Part shown: positions 40,246-51,401 of the stretch, in pieces | Numbering within the stretch: position 1 is the stretch's first letter | Layout: each line of letters begins with the position of its first letter | Assembly: GCA_965197585.1 (NCBI GenBank) | Contig: OZ240215.1 | Location: 384,001-448,000, forward strand | Direction: 5' to 3' | Length of the DNA stretch: 64,000 nucleotides | From: Dehalococcoidia bacterium | GTDB taxonomy: Bacteria > Chloroflexota > Dehalococcoidia > Plut-88900 | Notes under the pieces: generated by a model | The model's input: only the letters and a program-made list of their open reading frames with translations | Told to the model about the DNA's origin: nothing | Databases searched by the model: none | Made by a program: the position numbers and the translations under genes

Positions 40246-42108
40246 CTAGTCTCGAGCCCGGGCTCCGTCGCGGCGCTTGCGCTTGCGGTCCACGGAGGAG
40301 AGTTCCATCTTGCGTAACCGCAAGTTCTGGGGAGTGACCTCCACGAACTCGTCATCTGCAGTGAACGCCAGCGCTTCCTCAAGACTCATGTTCACGGTGG
40401 CCTTCAGGCGCTTCGTTATGTCGGCCGTTGAAGAACGCATGTTGGTCAGCTTCTTCTCCTTGCAGACGTTGATCTCAATGTCGTCACCGCGGGAATTGGA
40501 GCCTACGATCATGCCAGCATAGACCTTAGTGCCGGGGTCAATGAACGTGTCTCCCCTTCCCTGGGCGATGAGCAGACCATAGGTGACGGCAACGCCGCCC
40601 TCGGATGCGACAAGTACGCCGCTGCGCTGCGTCTGAATTTCCCCTTCCATCGGTTCGTACGACGTAAAGATGCTGCTCATCACCCCGTCGCCCCGCGTTG
40701 CGCGGAGAAAGAAAGCGTTGAATCCGATGAGTCCTCGGGTGGGAATCTTGTACTCCAGATAGACGTAACCGTCCTCGGCGTAGCGTATGTCCCTGAGCTG
40801 GCCCAAGTTGGCGGAAATGTGTTTAGTCAGCACGCCCACGTACTCTTCGTGGGTGGTGATATTCAATAGTTCCCAAGGCTCGTGTACCTTGCCTGCGATG
40901 ATCTTGGTGACTGGAGCGGGACGAGACACTTGGAATTCGAACTGCTCACGGCGCATGGTCTCGACCAGGATGGACAGGTGTAACTCTCCCCGTCCGGAGA
41001 CCACGAATACGTCGGGGCTGGAGGTGGTTTCCACCCGCATGCTTATGTTGGTCCGCAGCTCTCTCATCAGCCGAGCGTAGAGTTGGCGGGAGGTACAGTG
41101 TTCTCCTTCTATGCCCATGAAAGGTGAAGTGCTGACGCCAAAGGTCATGCGTACTGTCGGTTCGTTGATGTCTATGGTAGGTAGGGCTTGCGGGTTTTCA
41201 AGACAGGCGAGCGTGTCGCCTATGGACACGCCTTCGGGGCCGGTGACCGCAACGATGTCGCCGGCATGGGATTCGGAAACTTCAACCCGCTCCATTCCAC
41301 GAAACACGAATATGCGCTCCACAACGTGGGAGACGGGCTCGGTGTTGCGTCCCAGCAGGGCCACGTGATCGCGCAGTCTGAGCGTACCGTTGGTAATCCG
41401 TCCGACAGCAACTTGCCCGAGATAGCTGTCGTAATCGAGAGCCGCAACAAGCATTTGCAGTGGGGCGCTGCTGTCCCCGCTCGGTGGGGGCACAGAACTA
41501 AGGATGGCTTCAAAGAGAGGTTGCATGTCCAAACCGGGCTGGTCCAGGCTCGTTGTGGCGTAACCGTCCCGTGCAGACACGTATAGTACGGGGAAATCCA
41601 GTTGCTCCGCGTTGGTTGCCACCTCCAAGAACAGGTCCTGGACCATGTCTACCACCTCAGCTGCCCGGGCCTCGGGTCGGTCTATCTTGTTGATGACCAC
41701 CATGGGGGTGACGTTTTGCTTGAGGGCTTGGCGAAGCACGTAAGTGGTCTGGGGCATGGGGCCGTCTACGGCGTCTACGAGCAACAGACAGCCGTCGGCC
41801 ATGTTCATGACACGCTCCACCTCGCCGCCGAAGTCTGCATGGCCCGGCGTGTCGATGATGTTGATCCTGATGCCCTCGTATGAGACTGAAGCGTTCTTGG
41901 CCAGAATCGTGATGCCGCGCTCTCGCTCCAGTTCGTTGGTGTCCATAATCAAGGTACCTACCTGCTGGTGGGCGCGGAAGACCTGGCCTTGTTTTAGCAG
42001 TGCGTCGACCAGGGTAGTCTTGCCGTGGTCGACGTGGGCTATGATGGCCAGATTACGGATATCGCTGTTCTGATGGTCACTCAAATTTATTACCTCAGGG
42101 ACTGTCAT
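40246..42108 (-). CDS. typA: Translational GTPase TypA/BipA
   Basis: [52 protein letters not shown]. Confidence 0.97.
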   Translation of the reverse strand: MTVPEVINLSDHQNSDIRNLAIIAHVDHGKTTLVDALLKQGQVFRAHQQVGTLIMDTNELERERGITILAKNASVSYEGIRINIIDTPGHADFGGEVERVMNMADGCLLLVDAVDGPMPQTTYVLRQALKQNVTPMVVINKIDRPEARAAEVVDMVQDLFLEVATNAEQLDFPVLYVSARDGYATTSLDQPGLDMQPLFEAILSSVPPPSGDSSAPLQMLVAALDYDSYLGQVAVGRITNGTLRLRDHVALLGRNTEPVSHVVERIFVFRGMERVEVSESHAGDIVAVTGPEGVSIGDTLACLENPQALPTIDINEPTVRMTFGVSTSPFMGIEGEHCTSRQLYARLMRELRTNISMRVETTSSPDVFVVSGRGELHLSILVETMRREQFEFQVSRPAPVTKIIAGKVHEPWELLNITTHEEYVGVLTKHISANLGQLRDIRYAEDGYVYLEYKIPTRGLIGFNAFFLRATRGDGVMSSIFTSYEPMEGEIQTQRSGVLVASEGGVAVTYGLLIAQGRGDTFIDPGTKVYAGMIVGSNSRGDDIEINVCKEKKLTNMRSSTADITKRLKATVNMSLEEALAFTADDEFVEVTPQNLRLRKMELSSVDRKRKRRDGARARD

Positions 42109-42688
42109 AGAGCATTCTTCAACTGGAAATTGTAGTACAGTTTTGCCTAGGCCGCCCCGGATGGAGACGACCCTTTGCGTCGGATGGGTTGTGAGCGGGC
42201 CGTAGGCTTGATCGTTAACCTCGCAGGAACCTTCGTCTCGAGCGGCGCGCGACGAGCCGTAGGACCAACGTCGAACTCGTATGCCCCCAGCACCTTGAAC
42301 TATAGGGAGATCCGTGTGCGCCGGTCCAAGTTGTGCTCGGCCCGATCCCGGCGCAGTACCTCCATCAAGTCGTAGGTGCGTGCGAAACAGGCCGTTGACC
42401 CTTTTCGATGGCTCGAAGGACCGTCATTCTCTACTCACTACCCACGTCAGGGGACAGTCCTATTGGGAGCGTGGACAACGCTGAGGTCGCAGTGAATGGG
42501 CGAGTAATGAGAACAATGCGTGGTACCCTCGGCGAGAGCCATAATAGAGTTTCAAGGGCGTTCATAACGGTCCAAAACAGCGTACTTATGTCCTATTTTA
42601 GCTATTAGACTTAGTGTCATGTGGTGTTTTGACGTTTCATGAGGTTTCGGGTATTATCACTTATATAGTGATAACAGAAGGGGTAAAC

Positions 42689-43900
42689 ATGGAACGGCCA
42701 AGGACCTTATCGGCTGCATTCGTCAAGACAGTCAAGGCGCCTGGGAGGTATGGGGATGGTAGGGGGGGACATGGACTTACACTATTGGTCAAAGAATCCT
42801 CAACGGGCCGCTATTCAAAGTCATGGGCGCAACGTCTGAGGATCAATGGAGAACCTTTCAACGTCGGACTCGGCAGCTATCCGATTGTGACACTGAAGGA
42901 AGCGCGGGACAAGGCCCTTGAAAACCGACGTGCGGTTGAACAGGGCAAGGACCCGCGGGTCAAGAAATCGTCTATACCCACCTTCGCTGACGCCGCCGAG
43001 ATCGTTATCGGGTTTCATGCCAAGGGCTGGAAAGACGGGCGGCATGAGTCGAATTGGCGTCGCAGTCTGTCACAGTACGCCTATCCGCCCCTAGGGGCCA
43101 AGTTAGTATCCGAGATCACCTCACTGGACGTCATGGCCCTTCTCGTTCCGATCTGGAATGAAAAGCGGGAGACGGCTAGGAAGCTGAGGCAACGCATTGG
43201 AGCAGTGATGAAATGGGCAGTCGCACAGGGTTACAGAGCCGACAACCCAGCCGGTGACGCTATCGGAGCCGCTTTACCAAAGAACGGCCATGTCACCCAA
43301 CATCAAAGAGCATTGCCCCATGAGGAAGTCTGCGGCGCATTAGAGACCATAAGGCAGTCCGGGGCATGGGATGGAACGAAACTGGCCTTTGAATTCCTGA
43401 CTCTGACCGCTGCCAGGTCAGGGGAGGGAAGGCTTGCCAAGTGGCCTGAATTAGACCTGGAGACGCAAGTCTGGACAATTCCGGCTTCCAGGATGAAGCG
43501 GCAACGAGAGCACCGCGTACCGCTTTCAAATCAGGCCATGGAAGTGCTACGGCGGGCACATAGATTGAACGATGCTGACGGACTGGTATTCCCGTCAATC
43601 ACCGGTAAAGCGCTCACGGATTCGACCATCTCCAAGCTACTCCGAGAAAACAACATCGGGTGTGTTCCCCACGGCATGAGGTCTAGCTTCCGGGTATGGG
43701 CCGCCGAACGCACGGATGCGCCCCGAGAGATAGCCGAAATGTGTTTAGCCCACGTGGAGGGTAGTGCAGTGGAACTGGCTTATCGTAGGACAGATTACTT
43801 TATGGCCCGCCGAGCACTGATGCAGCAGTGGGCAGACTTTATTTCACCGTCAACTCAACTCTGGTCTACTCAGTCCCATTCACCCTCTCAAAGAGAGTAG
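42689..43900 (+). CDS. P4-like tyrosine integrase
   Basis: Arm-binding domain PGRYGDGRGGHGL, TAARSGE, HGMRSSFR, LAHVEG, AYRR. Confidence 0.93.
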   Translation: MERPRTLSAAFVKTVKAPGRYGDGRGGHGLTLLVKESSTGRYSKSWAQRLRINGEPFNVGLGSYPIVTLKEARDKALENRRAVEQGKDPRVKKSSIPTFADAAEIVIGFHAKGWKDGRHESNWRRSLSQYAYPPLGAKLVSEITSLDVMALLVPIWNEKRETARKLRQRIGAVMKWAVAQGYRADNPAGDAIGAALPKNGHVTQHQRALPHEEVCGALETIRQSGAWDGTKLAFEFLTLTAARSGEGRLAKWPELDLETQVWTIPASRMKRQREHRVPLSNQAMEVLRRAHRLNDADGLVFPSITGKALTDSTISKLLRENNIGCVPHGMRSSFRVWAAERTDAPREIAEMCLAHVEGSAVELAYRRTDYFMARRALMQQWADFISPSTQLWSTQSHSPSQRE

Positions 43901-44263
43901 AAAAGCTGATATCGACGATCAAGTGCCAATACACCTGCTTGTTAGTTATGTTGGACCAGCATCTCATCTGCGCAGGGGGTGCTTGCCTTTTTTTGTCGAC
44001 ACATTCCAATAAGAAAGTGCCCTGCAATGACTACACATTTGAGGAAAGTATCGTGTCATGGTCTGAATTAACAGGCTATGCTAACTGTATAAGGAACCTC
44101 CGTTGCGCCCCCTAAATTTCGGTTCGTAGCTTGGCTTGGAATCAGGGGGCGATGCCTCTGCAGGAAGGAAACTTGATAAATGCCAGCGCGCAGTGTCCAC
44201 CCTGTCAGCTTCCCCGACCCGTTGAACTACACGTATGCCCGACGCGTAGTCTCAGTCTCATAA

Positions 44264-44533
44264 ATGGCAAGGACGAGGCTAAGCACGACTCGGGAAAGCG
44301 TTCAGGATTCGTGCGAAGGGCTAGCTGAGGTCCTAGCGATCGAAGCTCACCATATGCGCTACAAGGAGCAGTCCATTGACGAGATAGCCGAGCGGGTCAA
44401 CAGAGTCCGCTGCAATGTGTTCAGACATCTCGCAACGCATTTCGACCCTGAATCTGAATCGGGTGACACGAAACCCATTGGAGGGGAGATTCGTGATGGT
44501 AGGGTTGCCGGAGAGGGTGAGATTAGTATTTAG
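44264..44533 (+). CDS. Small hypothetical protein with an HTH-like segment
   Basis: QSIDEIAERVNRVRCNVFRHL. Confidence 0.4.
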   Translation: MARTRLSTTRESVQDSCEGLAEVLAIEAHHMRYKEQSIDEIAERVNRVRCNVFRHLATHFDPESESGDTKPIGGEIRDGRVAGEGEISI

Positions 44534-44839
44534 CTACGAACTACCTACCATTTGGTGTTCGCTACCACAATCGTTACCACACTGATAGGCCGAAAGTAAC
44601 CCTCCCTGAAGATTGCCTCGTAATGTATCGTATCACGCCTTCACCTAAGAATATGACCGGCGTAACTCAATCAGGCTTGCGGCGCACATCTAAGTCGCGG
44701 TCACGTCGGGCCTTGGCTAAAGGTTGCAGTCTGATCAGGTACACATAAGCGTACTGTATTGCGAACTTTTCGGTGGGAGGTTGCAATCTAGGTTGCATCT
44801 TCATTAGTCGAACGAGGTCCTTACCATTTTCATCCAGGC

Positions 44840-44916
44840 AGGTGGGTGATACTAGACTCGAAACAGTGGCCTCTTGCTCGTTAGGCAGGCGCTCTTACCA
44901 ACTGAACTAACTGTCA
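44840..44916 (-). pseudogene. Decayed full-length tRNA-Val
   Basis: TGACAGTTAGTTCAGTTGGTAAGAGCGCCTGCCTAACGAGCAAGAGGCCACTGTTTCGAGTCTAGTATCACCCACC; tRNA layout with broken acceptor, anticodon and T stems; anticodon xAC. Confidence 0.75.
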
Positions 44917-44979
44917 GGCCCTACACCCTCCCCCTATGCCATGTCCCCTTTAAATGCCGCTGGGCAGGATGGAATGTCT

Positions 44980-45939
44980 CTAAGGGGAGGCTTGAGCGGG
45001 GTTATCCGAGTCTATCTCCGAGCAGCTCCCACGGTTGCAGGCGATGATCCAATAGTAGTTCTCGCCATCATCAGGATCAGAGTGTACGTAAGTTGTCTCA
45101 GTGAAATTGGCAGCCAGTTCGTCACAAAACCTTGGAATGCCTTCCTTTCCCAACAAACACCTGTTGTCGATGAAATGGTGGTGGTAGACTTTGTAATAGT
45201 CCGCGCCATCCACCGCGTCCCAACTGACACGTATCGTCGAGCCGTCCCACCCATATTGTGCATCGGTTGGCCCGTTTGGCCGCAGCATAATCCCCCTTAA
45301 CTGGTTACCATCAAGGAACAGGACGGGTATCTTTCCCAGTTCAGCCGGTATCTCCCCGGTCAATTGGTTATAACTGAGGTCCAGGGATCTAAGGTTGGAG
45401 AGGTGGCCCAGTTCAGCCGGTATCGTCCCGCTCAACTGGTTATGACTGAGGTCCAGACTATACGGATTGAGTAGGTTACCCATTTCAGCCGGTATCGCCC
45501 CGCTCAACTGGTTATGACTTGGGTCCAGGGATCCAAGGTTGGAGAGGTTGCCCAGTTCAGCCGGTATCTCTCCGCTTAACTGGTTCCAGCTGAGCCGCAG
45601 GCTCCTAACGACGCACTCTCCCGTGGAGCGCCCATTTACAGTCTTGTCACTGGCGGTTACACCGGCCCGATCGCTAATTGGAGCGTCCGTGAGCCAGTTC
45701 GTATTGTTCTCCCAGTTCAGGCCATCAGTGGCGTTGTAGAGCGCGACCAGCGCCTCTGCATCCTCCCTTCGGGACTCGGATCCATCTGTACAACTGATCC
45801 CAGGCGATACGTCGGGAAACGAATTTGGAATGTCCGAGAGATCAGAACAGGAAGATGCATCACAGGCAGATAGAACGACGGCGAGCAGGACCCCTAGAAC
45901 AGCAGACTTTGGGAAACGAGTCTTGACGGCAAAGTTCAT
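44980..45939 (-). CDS. Lipoprotein with plant-type (eukaryote-like) leucine-rich repeats
   Basis: Lipobox VLSAC; ALVALYNATDG..W; 24-aa LxLSxNQLSGxIPAELGxL repeats (72-nt period); FN3-like tail. Confidence 0.85.
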   Translation of the reverse strand: MNFAVKTRFPKSAVLGVLLAVVLSACDASSCSDLSDIPNSFPDVSPGISCTDGSESRREDAEALVALYNATDGLNWENNTNWLTDAPISDRAGVTASDKTVNGRSTGECVVRSLRLSWNQLSGEIPAELGNLSNLGSLDPSHNQLSGAIPAEMGNLLNPYSLDLSHNQLSGTIPAELGHLSNLRSLDLSYNQLTGEIPAELGKIPVLFLDGNQLRGIMLRPNGPTDAQYGWDGSTIRVSWDAVDGADYYKVYHHHFIDNRCLLGKEGIPRFCDELAANFTETTYVHSDPDDGENYYWIIACNRGSCSEIDSDNPAQASP

Positions 45940-46426
45940 AGCTGTGTTGCCTCGGCGGCTGCAAGGAGCAGGATTGTAAAGAGCAGGGCCAGACCCCACG
46001 CGGATCGAATGCGAGCGCGGCGGTTGCTGTCATATGAGTCTTCTCAATGGATTCCTCGGCATTCCACTAGTGTACTTAATTGTTGGCAACCAACAAGATT
46101 TGCACACTCCGAGACCCGAGAGATCAACCGAAATATCAAGGGTAGTCTTGAGGTTTTGCGAGCTCTCTGAGCGTCCTCTTGCACTGTCTCCACCGCTCGA
46201 TCAATTGAGCCTGCACTTTCCTTCACTGCCGCAGTATGTCTTCTCGCCATCGCAAACTAAGTCAGGTACGATGCAACGAGCCTCCCCAGATTGCCTTTCC
46301 CCCGACGACTCCGTAAGGTTTGCCCGAACCCGCTCTGCGAAGTGCATATGTATCTATCCCCTCTGTTACAAACGAACCTTTTCACAGGAACCGTACAGCG
46401 TAGACTACTTTTGTTGAGGCTTTGAT

Positions 46427-47686
46427 TTGGAGATGACTATACGAAATGCGGTTGTTCAGTCCCGACGGGCGGTCGGGCGTACTGGTATTGACTACCTGCG
46501 CTTCGGACTGAGGATTTCAGTATGGGTCCGACGGTTCGCGGTAATTGCGTGGTTGGCCCAGCTGCACCATCAAGTCTCCTTCGCGCACCCCGGCTATATC
46601 GCCCAGATGCTGTTCGGGGTGTTGCTGTTGGCACTGAACGGCTACGTCCTCTACCGTATCGAAACGAAACGGACGGCGTCGTGGCGGTGGGTCTTAGCAC
46701 TGAGTGCGATGGACGTAGTGATGCTCACGGGCGGGCTGGTGGTCTCAAGCGGATTCGGGGACGACTTCTTCGTGCTGTATTACGCAGCACTTGCCATGTT
46801 CGCCGCAGTGTGTGCGTCCATCAGGGTCAGTTTCGTGGGCGCCACGGCTATATCAGCAATGTACATTGCTCTGAGTCTGACGTCAGAGCCGGGCGGCGGC
46901 TTCGAATTCGAAGAAGAGGAGGTCCTGCTCTCTAGGATTATCGCCATGTACGCTGTGGTAGCAGCAGTCGGTCTCGTGGCAAGGTTCGAGAGGATCAGAT
47001 CGAGTTACGATCGAGCCAGAAGACGGAAGGCGGTGGAACGGGAACGCGAGCTCCTGCAGGAGCGGATCGAACTATCACAGACCATCCATGACATTATAGC
47101 CCAATCGGCGTACCTGATTGGGCTTGGATTGGAGTCAGCTATTGAGATGGCCGAGGCCCGAAGAAACGAAAACCGTAGAGAGCTTATAGCCAAATTGGAG
47201 GCCACCCTGGCACCGTCAAAGTCCGCCATGTGGGAACTGAGGCATCCCATCGACATAGGAGCGATATTCGAAGGGCAAGGCCTGAGTTGGGTGCTGCAGT
47301 CCCACGCTTCTACATTCACCACCGTCACTTCGATTCCTACTGAAGTACTCCAGTCTGGAAAGGAGCCGGAACTTCCGACGGCCACGCGGAGAGCGCTATT
47401 CTCAATAGCCCACAACGCCCTGACGAACGCATTTCGCCACTCGAGAGCCAGCAAAATTATTATCAAGCTGGACTTTGAGGATGATTGGCTTCGAATGTCC
47501 ATATTGGACGACGGTATCGGGCTACCCGACGACTTTTCTGACCGAGGCCAGGGCTTCAGGAACATGAGGGCCGACGTGGAGCGTATAAGCGGCAGTATGG
47601 TGGCCGGCCCAGGCGAATCCGGACAAGGCACTACCGTATCCTGCACTATTCCATACCACCCAGATAAAGAGGGGTTGGTGCATTGA
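46427..47686 (+). CDS. Membrane sensor histidine kinase, NarX/HisKA_3 type
   Basis: ERIELSQTIHDIIAQ, ALTNAFRHS, DDGIG, GQGFRNM; N-terminal TM segments. Confidence 0.85.
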   Translation: MEMTIRNAVVQSRRAVGRTGIDYLRFGLRISVWVRRFAVIAWLAQLHHQVSFAHPGYIAQMLFGVLLLALNGYVLYRIETKRTASWRWVLALSAMDVVMLTGGLVVSSGFGDDFFVLYYAALAMFAAVCASIRVSFVGATAISAMYIALSLTSEPGGGFEFEEEEVLLSRIIAMYAVVAAVGLVARFERIRSSYDRARRRKAVERERELLQERIELSQTIHDIIAQSAYLIGLGLESAIEMAEARRNENRRELIAKLEATLAPSKSAMWELRHPIDIGAIFEGQGLSWVLQSHASTFTTVTSIPTEVLQSGKEPELPTATRRALFSIAHNALTNAFRHSRASKIIIKLDFEDDWLRMSILDDGIGLPDDFSDRGQGFRNMRADVERISGSMVAGPGESGQGTTVSCTIPYHPDKEGLVH

Positions 47687-47937
47687 CCCCAGAATCACAA
47701 ACCCGATTGATGCTCGTGGACGATCACGAGATTATGCGGGACGGTCTCCGCGAAGTCCTTGAGCATTCGGGTGAGTTCCGAGTTGTTGGCGAGGCCGGAG
47801 ACGGCGACGTGCGGCCCATCCGGACAGTCACAACGACCATCCGCCGCAAGCTGGGCGACGATGCTGACAACCCGACCTATATCTTCACCGAGCTTCGTGT
47901 CGGCTACAAAATGCCGAGGGCGGATGCGCCGAAATAG
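47683..47937 (+). pseudogene. Deletion-fused response regulator remnant
   Basis: NarL receiver start LVDDHEIMRDGL..VGEAGDG joined to an OmpR/KdpE tail IRRKLGDDADNPTYIFTELRVGY. Confidence 0.75.
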
Positions 47938-47959
47938 TGGAGCGCAAGGGGGCGGAGTT

Positions 47960-48190
47960 GTCGGCCCGGGCGTTGATCATCCGGGCCCCGATCTTCGGGT
48001 CCTTGGCCCAGAAAGGTACCAGCCCCCAGCGCATGAGCGCCGCCTCTCGACCCTCCACCTTCCTGACAGTCAGAACGCTCTCGGTGGGTGCGATGTTGTA
48101 TCCGGGGTCGTAGCTGAAGTCACTGCCGTCGAACTCAAAGCGCTGGGCCAGGTCTCCCAGGTCGGCTATCAGAGTGTATCTTTCGCACAT
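47960..48190 (-). pseudogene. SOS response-associated peptidase (SRAP), truncated
   Basis: MCERY (canonically MCGR), YNIAPT, MRWGLVPFW, MINARA, then homology is lost. Confidence 0.85.
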
Positions 48191-48239
48191 ATGACTGTCT
48201 CGCCTCCTACGGGATTATCCCATCGACAGAGGCGTCCTC

Positions 48240-51200
48240 TCAATGCCAGTCGTGGGCGTCGGGCATCCGGGCCCCGACATCCAACGTCCTCACACTGGAC
48301 ATCGTGACATTGGTGGTACCGTCATGGCGGGAGACTACACCCCTGGCAAGGAGTACGTGGTTTCCCAGCTCCCTCTTGTACCGGGTGAACACCCGCGGCC
48401 ATACGATGAGCTGCACGTCCCCCGTCTCGTCCTCAATGGTCACGAACACCGTACCCTCCAGGCCCCTGGGATGCTGCCGGGCCACGGGCCACCCCGCCAC
48501 CAGCACCTCTTTGCCCTCGGGCAGGCTGTCGATGTCGGCGGCGCGCAGGACGTCGGGGCGCAGGGTGGGCCTGACGAACTCCATGACGTGGCCCCTGGGA
48601 TAGATGCCCATGACGGCATACTCACCTGCCATCTTCTCCCTTGCGGTGAAGTCCTCCATCTCGGGGATGTTGTCTCCCGTGGAGATTGGCAGGGCCCTCT
48701 GCCCGTTCCTCGGTGGCCGGACGGGCAGCCCCGCGTCCCAGAGGGCTTCCCTGCGGTTTGACATCACCCCGTCGAAGGCCCCGGCCATCACCAGGGAGTG
48801 GACGGCCTGGGGCCTGAGCCCGGTCCTACGCACCAGGTCTCCGGCCCCCGAGTAGGGCCCATGGCGCTCCCTCTCTTCAGCTATCGTTCTAGCCGACTTC
48901 TCTCCAACGTCCTTCACCTTGCCGAGACCCAGCAGCACCGAGCCGTTGTGGGAGCTGCACTTCACCCCGCTAAGGTTAACGCAGGGATTGAGGAAGGGCA
49001 CCCCGAAGCGCCGGGCATCCTCCTTTATGGTCTCCACCGGGTAGAACCCCATGGGCTGGCTGTTCATCAGGGCGACGAAGAACTCCAGGGGGTGGTAACG
49101 CTTGAGCCATGCTGCCTGGTAGGCGGTGACAGCGAAGGCGTGAGAGTGGGACTCGGGGAACATGTAGTGCCCATTGACCTTGTCGAAGATCTTCTCGGCG
49201 ATGTCTTGGGGAACGCCGTTGGCGAGCGCCCCCTTCAGGAACCTACACCGGTGCATGGCTATCAGGTGGTCGCTGTTGGGTCTGGCGAAGGCACGACGTA
49301 TCTCGTCGGCCTCCGAGGTCTTCATCCCAGACACGTCGGATATCAGCTGCACCACCTGCTCCTGCCAGACAATGATCCCACACCCCCGCTCTAGGGCCCG
49401 GCGCTCCAGCGGGTGATCGTAGTCCCACTGAGCCCCGTGCCGGTACCGGTCCACGAACTTCGACACGGCGCTCCCCTGCACCCCGACGCCCGGCCTGATG
49501 AGGGCAACCTGGTAGGCCAGGTCCAGCAGGTTGCGAGGCCTGAGCCTCTGCCCCATCTTCAGCTGGGCCGGAGACTGCAGCAGGAACACCCCCTTGGATC
49601 TCCCCTGGCCCAGCATCTCGTATACGGTGGGGTCATCGGGGTCTATGGCCGAGATATCGGGCCTGCGGCCCTCCCGGCGCTCCACCAGGTCCAGGGCCTC
49701 CTCGATCTGGTCGAGTACCGGCAGGGAGAGGAGGTCTATCTTGGCGAACCGGGCGTCGGCGGTGCTGTCCCTGTTCCAGTCCATGATGTAGCGCCCGGCG
49801 ATGGCACCCTGCCGTATGGGCACCATCTCCGGTATGGGGGAGTCGCTGAGGACCATGCCCCCCACATGCTGGCTCAGGCTCCTGGGGGCGTGCATAAGCT
49901 GCGGCGCCAGGGACAGCAGGTCACGCCAGCCGGGTGTCTCCACCTTATCCCTGAAGGCGGGCAGTTCCAGTATCTCGCCCCGCAGGTCCCGGGCGTCGTG
50001 GGAGTGGAGCTGTTTGGAGAGCATCCGCAAATCCTCTTTGGGCAGCCCGAGGGCCTTGCCCAGGTCCTGGATGATTCCCTTCACCGAGTAGGTGGAAACG
50101 GCCCCGGCCAGCACGGCGAACTCGGGCCCGAAGTGTCGGTGCACCCGCTCTATAAGCTCGTCCCTTAGAGATCGCGGAAAGTCCAGGTCGATGTCCGGCA
50201 GGGTGGTCATGTCCTCGGGGATGAACCGCTCCAGGCTGAGGCCCCAGCGCAGAGGATCGACATGGCTGATGCCGATGAGATAGCCCACCAGGAGCGCCAC
50301 CGAGGAGCCCCGCCCCCGGCCCGGGGGCCTCTCCTCCAGGGGCGTCTCCGGGTGGGAGAGGCCCTTCTCCTCCATGATCTTCTGGGCCAGGAGGACGATC
50401 TCCCTGTAAAGGAGCAGGAACCCGGCCAGCTTATGACTGCCTATCAGCCGGAACTCCTCCTCCAGCCGGGCCTCGACCTCCGGTGTCACGGTCCCATAGC
50501 GCCGAAGCACGGCCTCGGAGCAGAGGCGTCTCAGGTAGCTGTCGGCAGTGTAGCCGGATGGGACGGCAGGATCGGGGAGGGTGTACCCGAGCCCCGTGGC
50601 TAGGTCGAACTCGCACTGTTCAGCGATCTTAAGGGTGTTGGTGATGGTCTGGGGATGGTCTTCAAAGAGCTTCACCATCTGGTCTGGGGACTTAAGGTGG
50701 AGGTGATGATTGGGCCGGATGTGGGGTAGGGCACGCTCCATAGTCGTGTTTAGCCGGGCGGCGACTAAAGCGTGCTGGAGCCGGTACCGCTCCGGGTCGT
50801 GGTAGTGGACGTCGTTGGATGCGACGATAGACACACCCAGGTCCCTTGCCAGCCCCACCGAGGCCCGTGTGAGCTCGGCGTCGCCCTGCAGGAAGTTGCG
50901 CTGCACCTCCACGTAGACTGAGTCCGGCCCGAACCACTCCATGTAGTCTTTCAGCAGGGCCCCGGCATCCGTGCGTCGGCCTTCCAGCAGCAGCTTCGAC
51001 ATAGGCCCATCCCGGCCACCGGTGAGGAGGACCAACCCTTCCGCGTGGTGGGGCAGGTGCTTGGGGTCCAGCCGGGGCTCCCTGCGGTCCACGGTATTGG
51101 CGAGGGTGAACAGCCGGGAGAGGTTGCCGTAGCCCCGGCGGGTCTTTGCCAGCAGCGCCACCCGTGTCCCGTCCTTGAGAGTCAACTCCCCACCTGTGAT

Positions 51201-51386
51201 GGGCTGGATGCCGAGGCTGTCGGCCAGCCGGGCGAACTCCAACGCCCCGCACAGGTTGGTATCGGTCAAAGCCAGGGACTCGTAGCCGTATTCCTTGGCC
51301 CGGGCCAGCAGCTCGTGGCCGTGGGATGCCCCCATGCCGAAGGAATAGAAGCTCTTGGCGTGAAGCTCGACGTAGGGAGTCATCAC
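48240..51386 (-). CDS. dnaE2: Error-prone DNA polymerase III alpha
   Basis: YVELHAKSFYSF PHP domain, GRGSS, PDIDLDF, KIDLL, FPESH, NSQPMGFY, C-terminal AHDWH. Confidence 0.93.
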   Translation of the reverse strand: MMTPYVELHAKSFYSFGMGASHGHELLARAKEYGYESLALTDTNLCGALEFARLADSLGIQPITGGELTLKDGTRVALLAKTRRGYGNLSRLFTLANTVDRREPRLDPKHLPHHAEGLVLLTGGRDGPMSKLLLEGRRTDAGALLKDYMEWFGPDSVYVEVQRNFLQGDAELTRASVGLARDLGVSIVASNDVHYHDPERYRLQHALVAARLNTTMERALPHIRPNHHLHLKSPDQMVKLFEDHPQTITNTLKIAEQCEFDLATGLGYTLPDPAVPSGYTADSYLRRLCSEAVLRRYGTVTPEVEARLEEEFRLIGSHKLAGFLLLYREIVLLAQKIMEEKGLSHPETPLEERPPGRGRGSSVALLVGYLIGISHVDPLRWGLSLERFIPEDMTTLPDIDLDFPRSLRDELIERVHRHFGPEFAVLAGAVSTYSVKGIIQDLGKALGLPKEDLRMLSKQLHSHDARDLRGEILELPAFRDKVETPGWRDLLSLAPQLMHAPRSLSQHVGGMVLSDSPIPEMVPIRQGAIAGRYIMDWNRDSTADARFAKIDLLSLPVLDQIEEALDLVERREGRRPDISAIDPDDPTVYEMLGQGRSKGVFLLQSPAQLKMGQRLRPRNLLDLAYQVALIRPGVGVQGSAVSKFVDRYRHGAQWDYDHPLERRALERGCGIIVWQEQVVQLISDVSGMKTSEADEIRRAFARPNSDHLIAMHRCRFLKGALANGVPQDIAEKIFDKVNGHYMFPESHSHAFAVTAYQAAWLKRYHPLEFFVALMNSQPMGFYPVETIKEDARRFGVPFLNPCVNLSGVKCSSHNGSVLLGLGKVKDVGEKSARTIAEERERHGPYSGAGDLVRRTGLRPQAVHSLVMAGAFDGVMSNRREALWDAGLPVRPPRNGQRALPISTGDNIPEMEDFTAREKMAGEYAVMGIYPRGHVMEFVRPTLRPDVLRAADIDSLPEGKEVLVAGWPVARQHPRGLEGTVFVTIEDETGDVQLIVWPRVFTRYKRELGNHVLLARGVVSRHDGTTNVTMSSVRTLDVGARMPDAHDWH

Positions 51387-51401
51387 AGGTTTGCCTCGGG
51401 A

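Noticed and set aside
45290-45600. 72-nt periodic repeats as a CRISPR array
   Set aside because: They are in-frame LRR coding repeats with no unique spacers and no cas genes
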